A stretch of 64,000 bases of DNA, taken from the IMG/VR virus record IMGVR_UViG_3300021356_000014, positions 2,630 through 66,629 of that record; one strand, 5' to 3'. Made by a program: the position numbers and the translations under genes. Each line of letters starts with the position of its first letter. Within the stretch, counting starts at the first letter, position 1. The DNA comes from a virus. Of this stretch, positions 30,827-40,324 are shown piece after piece. The notes under the pieces were generated by a model, which saw nothing but the letters and a program-made list of their open reading frames with translations, had not been told where the DNA came from and searched no databases.

Positions 30827-33547
30827 ATGAAAAAAATATATTTAACATTGATGCTACTAATATCGGTAGCATCATTATTTGGGCAAAGGTTTAGTAGTCC
30901 TTTATTAATTAGTAATTTAAAGTCTGATGTTGTGCAAAAATCGGATTTTACAATAACTGGGACTACTACATTAACTTCTGCTAGTTCAACTTTTACTTCT
31001 AGTGATGTTGGTAAGACTATAAGTATATATGGAGCAGGTGATTTAGGTGCTGAACATATTACTACAATTGCATCTGTTACAAGTGCTACAGAGGTAGAGC
31101 TGACTAGTGCTGCTAGTATAAATGTAACAAGTGCTGACGGTTTTTATGCAACAAATAATTCTCCTTTGCTAGATGCTGCTATTGAAGAAAACAAAAATAT
31201 AACAGTAAGTAAAGGTACATATTACTTTGCTGATGAAATAGCAAAAAATGATGTAGATAATTTCTCAATAGATTTTCAAGGTTCGACAATTTACTTTAAC
31301 ACCTTCTTCAATTCAAGTTGGGGAGAAGGGTCTAATGATAATTTAGAGCCAAACATATTTGATTTACAAAATTGTGATAATGTAAGTTTTGAGAATGTAA
31401 CAGCAGAGTTTTTAGGTCAAACATTTGCTTTAAATGATACTGTTTCGTATTCTTCAGAATTTTCTACAACTACTGTAAGTAGTACAGAAGTTACTGTAAC
31501 AAGCGCAACAAATGTATTTACAGCAAGTGATGTAAATAAAATTATTAGACTACAAGGTGCAGGTAGTCAATATTACTATTTTTATATTTCAGAGTTTGTC
31601 TCTTCAAGTGAGGTAAGCATAAAAGATGGCGGTGGTTTTGATAACCCTAATTTAGGAACCTTACAAACAACTCTTACAAATGTAGATGGTAAGATATTCA
31701 GCGAGGATGGATATACAGGAATACTACAAGGTCAAGCTTATGATCGAAGATATAACAAACGAGGTAATACAGGTAATTTTGTTGCTTTAAATACAAGTAC
31801 TAACATTAATCTTACTAATGTAAAAACGATAGGATTAGGTCAATTGTTAGGTATAACAGGAGGTAATAATTCTAAGCTAAACATTTTTAATTGTGAGGTT
31901 GATGGTTATGGAAGTGTAGCTATTTCCCCGTGCGATTATACAACAATAAGAAATTGTATTATAGATAACCAAGAAGCACAAGCTATTACAGCAATAGATC
32001 AAGGGCAAAACTTAGGTACTTCACATGCTATCTATACTACACAAGCTTATGAAAATGTAATCATAGACAATAATGATTTAACATATATCCGAGGTGTTGC
32101 AATACAGTGGAACACAGGAAGCTCAGGTAAAAGTAAAGGGCATTTTGTGACTAACAATTACATGTTTGAAGCACAAAGAGCAGGGACTATTCAGGGGTCT
32201 GCTGAATGGCAAGTGACCTTTGAAAATAATATTTGGGAAAATTGTGGTCAATGGTCTGTAAACTCAACTAATAGTAAAGTTTATATAAAATCAGACACAT
32301 ATAAAGGTGAACCAACTGAGCAAACAGATTATTTAGGTGCATGGGGTATTGTCAATGCTGACTATTTTGAAATGAAAAACTCAACATTAAATGCGGTTTT
32401 TACAGGTGTTACTGGTACTGATGTTAGTGCATTATCATTTTCTATGCAATCATCTAGTGCAGTTAGAGATATAGACGTAAATATCGACAACAATATATTT
32501 GTCAATAATACAAATGATTTACAATTTATAAATGAACAATTCGCATTGACAGCAGGTAATGAGATTAAAATAACTAGAAATGAATTCTTAGGAAATGTGT
32601 ATCTAGTTAAAAGTAGCTCTGGTACATACCGTCAGGCAGATTTAGAAGAGTATATTTTATTTGAGAATAACAACTTCTACGGTACTACATTTATCAGGAT
32701 GGGAGCTAGTTTCTTGTATAATAACTTTACTAAAATTGGTGATTCTGATTTAGCATTAGATATTGATATGTTGTCAGATGCAGGTGCGAGTGGTGAAAGA
32801 AATTTAGTTTTAAATCATAATACTTTTGAAAGAATTAATGGTACAGATTCAGACATAGTAGAGTTAAGTGCTGCGAGTGATTTAAGGGTTGTGTTTGACA
32901 ATAATAAAGGCTTAAATCAATCTACACAAGTACAATTAAATGGAGGTTCTTTCATAAGTAGAAAAGGACTACATCAAACTAATAGTGATAACTATTTTAT
33001 AAAATCAAATAGCAATAGTATTTGGACATTAGAAAGTCCATCTTTGGCACATATTAATTTTAAACATGAAGATGCTAATCAGTGGAAAATAGGCACAGAA
33101 GATGGCGGACTTTTGGACGATAAGTTTATTATAGCATACTCTGGTAATTCATCTTTATCTAGTGGTGTTAGAATGACTATATCAACTGGAGGAAATGTTG
33201 GCATTGGTACTGATAGAGCCGTAGATGCTAGTGAAAAACTTGAAGTGCAAGGTAATATAAAGTTAAATGATGAAGGGGGTACAGTTAGATCGGACTTGAT
33301 TGGTAATGCTGATAACAGGGGAACTGTAACAATAACAGAAGCAAAAACTGGAAGTTATACTTTTAATGTTTCAAAGTCAGATGGCAACTATATTGTTGCT
33401 ACCTCAGTAGAGATAGTGTCTGGTACTCCGAGTTCGGATGAACTTATAGTTACTGTTGAAAAAACAACAAATAGTATTACTTTTACACTTTTTGAAGGTT
33501 TAGATGTAGGAGAAGCCGTAAACATAAACTGGATATTAGTACAGTAA
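30827..33547 (+). CDS. beta-helix tailspike-like protein with signal peptide
   Basis: MKKIYLTLMLLISVASLFG|Q (ATG 30827); beta-helix repeats; RMTISTGGNVGIGT..KLEVQGNI fibre motif. Confidence 0.7.
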   Translation: MKKIYLTLMLLISVASLFGQRFSSPLLISNLKSDVVQKSDFTITGTTTLTSASSTFTSSDVGKTISIYGAGDLGAEHITTIASVTSATEVELTSAASINVTSADGFYATNNSPLLDAAIEENKNITVSKGTYYFADEIAKNDVDNFSIDFQGSTIYFNTFFNSSWGEGSNDNLEPNIFDLQNCDNVSFENVTAEFLGQTFALNDTVSYSSEFSTTTVSSTEVTVTSATNVFTASDVNKIIRLQGAGSQYYYFYISEFVSSSEVSIKDGGGFDNPNLGTLQTTLTNVDGKIFSEDGYTGILQGQAYDRRYNKRGNTGNFVALNTSTNINLTNVKTIGLGQLLGITGGNNSKLNIFNCEVDGYGSVAISPCDYTTIRNCIIDNQEAQAITAIDQGQNLGTSHAIYTTQAYENVIIDNNDLTYIRGVAIQWNTGSSGKSKGHFVTNNYMFEAQRAGTIQGSAEWQVTFENNIWENCGQWSVNSTNSKVYIKSDTYKGEPTEQTDYLGAWGIVNADYFEMKNSTLNAVFTGVTGTDVSALSFSMQSSSAVRDIDVNIDNNIFVNNTNDLQFINEQFALTAGNEIKITRNEFLGNVYLVKSSSGTYRQADLEEYILFENNNFYGTTFIRMGASFLYNNFTKIGDSDLALDIDMLSDAGASGERNLVLNHNTFERINGTDSDIVELSAASDLRVVFDNNKGLNQSTQVQLNGGSFISRKGLHQTNSDNYFIKSNSNSIWTLESPSLAHINFKHEDANQWKIGTEDGGLLDDKFIIAYSGNSSLSSGVRMTISTGGNVGIGTDRAVDASEKLEVQGNIKLNDEGGTVRSDLIGNADNRGTVTITEAKTGSYTFNVSKSDGNYIVATSVEIVSGTPSSDELIVTVEKTTNSITFTLFEGLDVGEAVNINWILVQ

Positions 33548-33561
33548 AATAAACAGCAGAT

Positions 33562-33833
33562 AACTAGAGTATTGCACGCATAGTTCGCTATGCTCGCTAT
33601 GAACGCTCAGTTCGCTATGCCTGCTATGCTTGCCTTGCTCTAGTTGCGTTAAGCGTTATAGCGTTGCGTTTCTTGATGAAGCGTTGCGTTATAGCGTTGC
33701 GTTTAGGATGCGTTTAGGATGCGTTAACTAATTAATACTGAGGGGATTGTGATAGCGTTTAAGTTGCGTTTTATTGCGTGCAACTATAACGCAAAAAATA
33801 TTTTATAAATTTTAGCGTTAGCGTATAGCGTTA
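33562..33833. repeat. intergenic field of CGCTATG and GCGTT repeats
   Basis: AACTAGAG...CTCTAGTT arms enclose CGCTATG repeats, followed by about 15 CGTT/AACG sites. Confidence 0.85.
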
Positions 33834-33847
33834 TTAAATTATTGACA

Positions 33848-34852
33848 ATGGTACACATTACAGCTAGTGTTGATGACACTATGTTCAAGAAGGATGGTTA
33901 TTCATATGCTAAGAATACTTATGAGATATTTTATGAAGAGCCTTCTGGTGAAGACCCTAACTCTAATGCTTTATTGCGTATTGGTCTTAGGGATAAAATT
34001 AGTAAGGAAATTTTTGTTCCTGCAATTCCTATCAGTGAATATACTAGTGATGGTATAAATCCTATTGCGGATTATGATACTTTGATGCAGTTATTTGCTA
34101 CTCATTTAGGTTTTAATTTGGCAGGCTCGGCTGCCTTACAAACGGCTCAAGATGCGGCTACGGCTGCTTCCGCTGCGGATGTTAAGGCATTAGCAGCTCA
34201 GACAGGTTACTCTCATACGGGAGCATTTGCGGACAAACCCTTATCTAATAATTATGTATGGGAAGCAGGTGCGGGCATAAATTATACATCTGAAGATGTT
34301 AGTAATGGTACATGGAAGGTATTATCCTTGAGTAAATCAGTACATGATGCGGTGGATAATCCTTATTGGACTACTCCGACCCCGACAGGTAATGTAGGTG
34401 TAGGCTTATTTCAAGGGGCTAACCTACCAAATGGTGTATTGACATTAGTAGATTATGAGTATTCTTATGATTTGCAGTATCCTAGTTCTACAGGTACAGG
34501 CTATGAGGGTAGTACTGGTAGAATTAGATTAAATGATTGCGTTTATGGCGACCAATTAAGGGTGCGTTTTGATTTTGAGATTATACCACAGATAGCCAAT
34601 ACTACTGTAGAGCCTGCTATTTGGTATAGCAATAGAGATGACTCAAATAATATCACATTCACATTTCCTCTAACAGCTCAACCTATTTTTTATGGTGGAG
34701 GAACTGTGGCAAATACATATCTTAACAGGGTAGAAATTTCTGCTTGGATTACTAGTAATGAAGATGTAAATGCGCTTGCATTGCCAGCAATTAAGGCAGA
34801 TAATCCTATAATAGTAAGACCTTTAGGTATATTAATAACAATTTTAAGATAA
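33848..34852 (+). CDS. hypothetical virion-associated protein
   Basis: About 334 aa ORF (ATG 33848), Ala-rich linker, beta-rich C-terminus. Confidence 0.6.
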   Translation: MVHITASVDDTMFKKDGYSYAKNTYEIFYEEPSGEDPNSNALLRIGLRDKISKEIFVPAIPISEYTSDGINPIADYDTLMQLFATHLGFNLAGSAALQTAQDAATAASAADVKALAAQTGYSHTGAFADKPLSNNYVWEAGAGINYTSEDVSNGTWKVLSLSKSVHDAVDNPYWTTPTPTGNVGVGLFQGANLPNGVLTLVDYEYSYDLQYPSSTGTGYEGSTGRIRLNDCVYGDQLRVRFDFEIIPQIANTTVEPAIWYSNRDDSNNITFTFPLTAQPIFYGGGTVANTYLNRVEISAWITSNEDVNALALPAIKADNPIIVRPLGILITILR

Positions 34853-34857
34853 CAGAA

Positions 34858-36453
34858 ATGGCTATAAAGATTGTAAGAAATGAGGCAGGTAATTGTGTGA
34901 CCTTTCAAGGGTCAAGTAATCCTGTTTATTGGAACTCCTGTTTATCAGGTGAAGTAGACCCTTCAAACCCACAATTAATAAATATAAAAAATGATATAAG
35001 AAGTATTAATGAACAAAATACTATTTATGAGTTTTATAATATACCTTACACAGAATTTACTGACTCAGAGGGTAATAGTTTTGCAACACCTCAAGAGTGT
35101 GCGACTTATATAACTAATGAATGTAATGTATTAGGGAATACAGGACAACAAGTAGCATCCGATACAGATACTTTTGATTTTTATTTAGATCAAAAGGATA
35201 ATACTGTAATAATGAATACAGGTGATTACTTTCCTGTAAACACTATACAAGCAGTATTAGAATCATCTACTTTAAGCATAACATCTATAGTAGGTTCTAA
35301 AATTTACTATTCAAATATAAATTTAAGCAATGTTTCAATATTAGGTACAGAAATTACTGGAACTGATACAGAAAAGATAAACTCGCTAAACGCTCTATTT
35401 CAAAACACTGGAACATCAACAAGTAATATCCCTGCTATAACGAGTTCGTTGGCCATCTCTTTGACGCAGGGAGAAACATTGAATTATGAATTGATAGCTA
35501 ACTTCGGAGTAGGCTATGAGTGGGATTTATCAAACGTTAGTGGTGTTACGACAGTAGAGGGGAATATACGTAAGTTAATAGGCGGTTCTTCATTAGCAGT
35601 TGGTACTTATAACATACCAGTTAAAGCGATCAATTATAATGGTCAGGATAGCCAAACTATTGTACTTACAGTTTCTACACCTCCTTTTTCTAATACTAAA
35701 AGTGTTAATTTATCAAACCAAGATTGGTTAGGTGCTAATGCAGCTTTATTAGATAGCACTTTAGGTAGGACAAATAATGGTAGCGGCTCAGGAGATGCAT
35801 GGACTATAGCTTTTTATTTCAAAGGAAGTAGCGACACAAGTAACGGACAGACTATTTTTTACTTTGGCGATAATGACACAAATAATGGAGGTCATATGTA
35901 TATACGTTATCAAGGAGGTAACAACCGTTTTCGATTTAGGTATGGATCGGATAACAACCACTTAAATTTTCATTCGCCAGACAACTCAATATTAGATAAC
36001 ATTTGGTATCATATTATGATTGCATATGATGGAGGAACAACTGGTGCGAGTAGTGGAGATATTAACAGCTATTACAGTAGATTCAGTATATTTATTGACG
36101 GAGTTGACGTTACATCAAATGGTAGCTGGTCGGAAAGTAATTATGGTTGGTCTAGTGGTATAGATGCTGACAATATAAGAGTTGGTAGATATGGGTCATC
36201 ACAATATATGCAAGGAGGTTGCAAGATAGACGAACTAGCAATTTGGGACAGCGATCAAAGCGCAAATGTTTCAGACATTTACAATAGCGGTGTTCCTTTT
36301 GATTTATCTACATTGACAACACAGCCAAAACATTGGTGGCGTATGGGGGATGGCGATACGTATCCCTATCTACAAGACAACGGAACAGAAGCAAATTGCA
36401 TATTTCAAATGTACAATATGACATCAGCAGATATTGTTAGTGATGTACCTTAA
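34858..36453 (+). CDS. Ig-like plus LamG/concanavalin A-like domain protein
   Basis: PAITSSL..GTYNIPVKAIN Ig-like segment; WTIAF, WYHIMIAYDG, IFIDG, IDELAIWD, HWWRMGD LamG motifs. Confidence 0.75.
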   Translation: MAIKIVRNEAGNCVTFQGSSNPVYWNSCLSGEVDPSNPQLINIKNDIRSINEQNTIYEFYNIPYTEFTDSEGNSFATPQECATYITNECNVLGNTGQQVASDTDTFDFYLDQKDNTVIMNTGDYFPVNTIQAVLESSTLSITSIVGSKIYYSNINLSNVSILGTEITGTDTEKINSLNALFQNTGTSTSNIPAITSSLAISLTQGETLNYELIANFGVGYEWDLSNVSGVTTVEGNIRKLIGGSSLAVGTYNIPVKAINYNGQDSQTIVLTVSTPPFSNTKSVNLSNQDWLGANAALLDSTLGRTNNGSGSGDAWTIAFYFKGSSDTSNGQTIFYFGDNDTNNGGHMYIRYQGGNNRFRFRYGSDNNHLNFHSPDNSILDNIWYHIMIAYDGGTTGASSGDINSYYSRFSIFIDGVDVTSNGSWSESNYGWSSGIDADNIRVGRYGSSQYMQGGCKIDELAIWDSDQSANVSDIYNSGVPFDLSTLTTQPKHWWRMGDGDTYPYLQDNGTEANCIFQMYNMTSADIVSDVP

Positions 36454-36461
36454 ATATTTAG

Positions 36462-36525
36462 ATGATAAATATAACAAACTATACGCATTCTTATAATACA
36501 AGGGCGTATAGTTTTTGTATTTTTG
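36462..36525 (+). promoter_or_regulatory. putative late promoter of the holin/protease unit
   Basis: ATGATAAATATAACAA 36462-36477, hairpin 36476-36513, TATTTTTG at 36518. Confidence 0.6.
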
Positions 36526-36539
36526 TAAAAAGATAAGAA

Positions 36540-36788
36540 ATGACCTCTATATTATTTAAGTATATTCAGTCACATCCTATATTAGTGAGTGCGTCATCTG
36601 CTACAACTGGGTACGTGTTATCTATTGTCGAAGTATCAGAGTTAGTAGCAGCAATTTTCAGAACTACTGGTGTTATATGTGCAGCTTTTTTATCTGCCTT
36701 AACACTAGTAGTATATTTTAATAACAATTTTTATTTTGTAAATAAGTTTCCATTTATAAAAGTTAAAAAAGATGAAGAGAAAGTTTGA
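36540..36788 (+). CDS. holin-like membrane protein
   Basis: Hydrophobic segments and charged C-terminus KVKKDEEKV. Confidence 0.5.
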   Translation: MTSILFKYIQSHPILVSASSATTGYVLSIVEVSELVAAIFRTTGVICAAFLSALTLVVYFNNNFYFVNKFPFIKVKKDEEKV

Positions 36789-38175
36789 TATTCAGTTGCC
36801 CGCACTTGCCCCCGAAAAGGTGTTTAGTTCGCTATCACAGATTGATGATTGGAATTACCAGTATGTAGGCACAAAAAAATATACAAATAAGATTGATAAT
36901 CGGTGTATTGTATTTGTGTTGGATACTGCGGGCGTATTCGATCATCCAGATTTGGTTGCAAATTCATATTCAAGATATGATAAGAACTTTAGTTCCTCAA
37001 ATGTATCTGAGGACTTACAAGGGCATGGCACTCATTGCGCAGGAATTGTAGCGGCTTCCAACAATGAATTTGGGACAATCGGTATCAACTCTGATACTAT
37101 TGTTGTAGCAATAAAGGTACTAAATGATTTTGGGAGTGGCTCGATGGATGATGTTGCTGAAGGTATTAGATATGTTGCTGACTTACAGTTAGATGATGCG
37201 CATAAAGGATTTAAGAAGATTATCAGCATGAGCTTAGGCTCATCTAGTGCTTCACCTAAAGTAGAATCAGCCTTGAAGTACGCAAAATCTAAAGGTGTTA
37301 TCTCGTTTGCTGCTGCGGGCAATGCAGGCAAAGGCTCGCAAGATACGGTAGCTTATCCTGCTAAGTATGATGGACTTTGTATTTCAGTTGCTAGTCTTGA
37401 TAAAGGAGATAAATCTGCAAGCTATAGCTCGCAAGGAGATTCTGTTGATATTTCTACAGGAGGTAGCAGAATCTACTCTACCTACAAAAATAAATCTTAT
37501 GCTAGATTATCAGGAACCTCGATGGCTTGTCCCGCAGTTGCAGGCTTGGCTGCGTTAATTGTGTCATACTTCCCAGAAGTTACATGGAATCAGGTCTCAA
37601 TGGAAACATTTTTGAAAGAGAATGCAAAGGATTTAGGTACGAAAGGTATTGACCCTATCTTTGGGGCAGGCTCAATTTTAGCGGATAACTATTTGAAGGA
37701 AGCCCCAAAAAATGACTTTAAGCCTTTACCTCAAAATCGCTATTCTCCTTTTGACCCTGCTGTAGGTATTAAAACAGTAAATGTGATTTTTGATGTGGAA
37801 ACTTCGATCATGTCTAGGGAGATTGCAGTAAAAGAAGGTAATTATAAATTGCCTTTTGAGGACTTTAGAGGGCGTAAGGTAACTATTTCTATTGATTGTG
37901 ATATAGATGTATCTCGAAATGCAAATTATAGCTTAGAGGTCATTAAAAACCTCTCTCAAGCGTATGCTAATTTAGCTTCTGGTATTTATATTGGAGAGTT
38001 AGATGCAAAGATGTTAGCAGATTTTGAGGACTCCGATTATACTGTACATATATGTGATGGCTATTCTAGTTTTGTAGATATTGCATATAAAATATCTGAT
38101 ATTCTAAAAATGAACAAAGCAATCAAAATATTAGGTATCACCTTTGATTTTGATGATTTTGTAATAAATATTTAA
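36772..38175 (+). CDS. S8 subtilisin-like serine protease
   Basis: VLDT (Asp), HGTHCAG (His), AAAGN (oxyanion Asn), GTSMACP (Ser). Confidence 0.92.
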   Translation: MKRKFDIQLPALAPEKVFSSLSQIDDWNYQYVGTKKYTNKIDNRCIVFVLDTAGVFDHPDLVANSYSRYDKNFSSSNVSEDLQGHGTHCAGIVAASNNEFGTIGINSDTIVVAIKVLNDFGSGSMDDVAEGIRYVADLQLDDAHKGFKKIISMSLGSSSASPKVESALKYAKSKGVISFAAAGNAGKGSQDTVAYPAKYDGLCISVASLDKGDKSASYSSQGDSVDISTGGSRIYSTYKNKSYARLSGTSMACPAVAGLAALIVSYFPEVTWNQVSMETFLKENAKDLGTKGIDPIFGAGSILADNYLKEAPKNDFKPLPQNRYSPFDPAVGIKTVNVIFDVETSIMSREIAVKEGNYKLPFEDFRGRKVTISIDCDIDVSRNANYSLEVIKNLSQAYANLASGIYIGELDAKMLADFEDSDYTVHICDGYSSFVDIAYKISDILKMNKAIKILGITFDFDDFVINI

Positions 38176-38199
38176 TTTTTTAACTTAAAATACGATAGA

Positions 38200-38388
38200 A
38201 TGAAATTTTTGCAAAAAGATCGTAACACAACAATTTTTGGTGTACTGGGTTTTGTATCGCTCTTAGCTGAGCAAATTGCATTTTTATTTGATGATGTAGC
38301 ATCTACTAATCCAGACTACGGAATGCTAGTCTCTGCCTTGTTTGTACTTCTAGGATTTGCTTCGGCTAAGGATAATAGTGCTGAATAA
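38200..38388 (+). CDS. small two-TM holin-like protein
   Basis: TTIFGVL..LGFASAKD pattern; 62 aa. Confidence 0.55.
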   Translation: MKFLQKDRNTTIFGVLGFVSLLAEQIAFLFDDVASTNPDYGMLVSALFVLLGFASAKDNSAE

Positions 38389-38392
38389 TTAG

Positions 38393-38427
38393 AAAGAGGA
38401 TTGCCCGCATTGCGGGCAATCCTCTTA
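38393..38427. terminator. hairpin between convergent units (putative bidirectional terminator)
   Basis: AAGAGGATTGCCCGCA-T-TGCGGGCAATCCTCTT near-perfect palindrome. Confidence 0.7.
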
Positions 38428-38486
38428 TTTTAGTATCGACATATGTCTGATATTACTTGTTAGCTGCAAGTGCTACATAAGCGCAT

Positions 38487-39290
38487 TTAATCAGCTTTAT
38501 GCGTATCATCCGTAAAAGAAAAAAGCCCACGCTCTTTTGCCTTTTCAAGGCAATTTGGGTTAATATCACAACCAATAAAGTTTCGCTTCAAATCTTTGCA
38601 TACTTCTGCTGTTGTAAAGCTACCACTATAAAAATCTGCTACTAAATCACCTTCATTGCTACTTGCTTTTATTATTCGTTCAATTAATTTTATCGGCTTA
38701 TTTGTTGCATAAGCGATTCTGCCATATCTTGTAGAAAAGTTGTCTAGTATAAAACAGTCTGTATAATATCCAAGAGTATACTCTCCAATATTATCAAATT
38801 CATATTTCAAATTTGGGTCATATCCTCTACTTTTATCAATATATACTTTATTTTCTCTTGGGTTTTCAAAGTTATAGTTATTTGTTTTTGTGTAAAATAA
38901 AATACAATCGTGCTTTTTACTAAATTCTTTTCTACTAGCACCTCCTGTTTTGTATCCCCAAACTATCTCATTCCTAAAGTTTTTATACCCAAAAACATCA
39001 TCCATAATACACCTTATCCAATGGTTTATTCGCGTATCCATCTGCAAATAAATACTGCCTGTTGGCTTTAGTATTCGGTACATTTCTTTAATGCGAGGTA
39101 TGTAATGCTCTTCAATTATATCACGTTTAGGTTTTAAGTCTTGGTAGTCTTTAAACTTTCTACCAGTACCATAAAGTATATCACAATAAATTAAATCTAC
39201 TGTATTGTCTTGCATTTCTGCCATTAATTCAAGGTTGTCACAAATTCTCATATCTAAAAATTGCCCTCCCTCTTTTTCTTTTACTATCAT
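38487..39290 (-). CDS. DNA methyltransferase, N4C/N6A beta class
   Basis: DLIYCDILY (motif IV variant), RILKPTGSIY, FRNEIVW, KPIKLIERII, VADFYSGS (motif I). Confidence 0.88.
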   Translation of the reverse strand: MIVKEKEGGQFLDMRICDNLELMAEMQDNTVDLIYCDILYGTGRKFKDYQDLKPKRDIIEEHYIPRIKEMYRILKPTGSIYLQMDTRINHWIRCIMDDVFGYKNFRNEIVWGYKTGGASRKEFSKKHDCILFYTKTNNYNFENPRENKVYIDKSRGYDPNLKYEFDNIGEYTLGYYTDCFILDNFSTRYGRIAYATNKPIKLIERIIKASSNEGDLVADFYSGSFTTAEVCKDLKRNFIGCDINPNCLEKAKERGLFSFTDDTHKAD

Positions 39291-39381
39291 TCGTTTTTCA
39301 ATTAAAGTTTGTACTAAATAAGCCGCACCAGTCAGCTAACACGGTATAAAAAGCATTAAAACGCCTTTTTATACCCAACCG

Positions 39382-39912
39382 TTAGCTGTAATATTGGCTT
39401 AGGTCAATGCTATTTTCAGCTTCGTTACCCCAAGTATGCCAACCCTGCTTCTCCTCTCTACAAAACATTTCCAGTCTGGCAGCACTTGGATACCACTCTT
39501 TTATTAAGTTTCGTATAAAGTCAGGCTTTTTACTGTGCTTGCCTCGTTTCTCTTCCATTACACTACTTATTCTCATTGTGCTTGGCGGTGGGCTAAACTT
39601 ACCTTTTTTAGCAACCATAAGTAGTTCGTGCTGCCCTCTAAACCAATACCCCATACCAATCATCTTTTTATCCCAAATACCGTGTGTTACATACTTAAAC
39701 CCCCATGCTTCTATTACCTTCATTGCTTCGGGTAGTTTTGGAGCAGTAGCCCACATATACAACACAGCATTTTCGTTTGTCATATTCTTTACAGGCAAGT
39801 TGCAAATATCATCAATAGTCATTGTGGGGTATTGGTTTTCCACGTCTCTGCTTTTACTTTTACTAAAGTCATATCGCCACGCAGGGTCGGCATAAATTAC
39901 ATCATATTTCAT
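39382..39912 (-). CDS. MT-A70 family adenine methyltransferase
   Basis: VIYADPAW, YPTM, LYMWAT, AWGFKY, GMGYWFRGQHE, HSKKP, LEMFCR. Confidence 0.9.
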   Translation of the reverse strand: MKYDVIYADPAWRYDFSKSKSRDVENQYPTMTIDDICNLPVKNMTNENAVLYMWATAPKLPEAMKVIEAWGFKYVTHGIWDKKMIGMGYWFRGQHELLMVAKKGKFSPPPSTMRISSVMEEKRGKHSKKPDFIRNLIKEWYPSAARLEMFCREEKQGWHTWGNEAENSIDLSQYYS

Positions 39913-40040
39913 AAGTCTGTGCTTCTAAGTCGCCAATACATACAGCTAACAATGTGTATAAGTAATGGCACGTTAAAATTTGTGGCATAATTCAAATGGT
40001 CGGTGTATGTGCCACTACTCATACACTCGTCCGTTATCGG

Positions 40041-40262
40041 TCATTTCCTTTCGGCACTAACTGCTTTTCTAACTTCTCCAAGCAAAGCACCACTTCTATC
40101 TAATACTTCATCACACATCTTTGCAATACATACAGAGTTATCAGGGTATAACTCTACAAGTCTTTCAAATATCTTTTCTGGTGAAGACATCGGAAACGAA
40201 CTGATAACAACACCTATATTTAATGCCTCGTTTTGTGGTAAATTTGAATTTTCATTTTTCAT
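40041..40262 (-). CDS. small cassette protein whose N-terminus is encoded in the attC-like hairpin
   Basis: MKNENSNLPQNEALNIGVVISS reads through TATAGGTGTT-GTTATCAG. Confidence 0.6.
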   Translation of the reverse strand: MKNENSNLPQNEALNIGVVISSFPMSSPEKIFERLVELYPDNSVCIAKMCDEVLDRSGALLGEVRKAVSAERK

Positions 40263-40324
40263 TTTTAAAGTATTTAAGTTTATAAATATTCGTGTTCATT
40301 GGAACATAGCCAAACCGTTACCAA

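Noticed and set aside
39331-39390. Inter-cassette hairpins as simple rho-independent terminators
   Set aside because: They lack poly-T tails, share the TAAC...GTTA geometry, and their outer bases match the far end of the adjacent unit.
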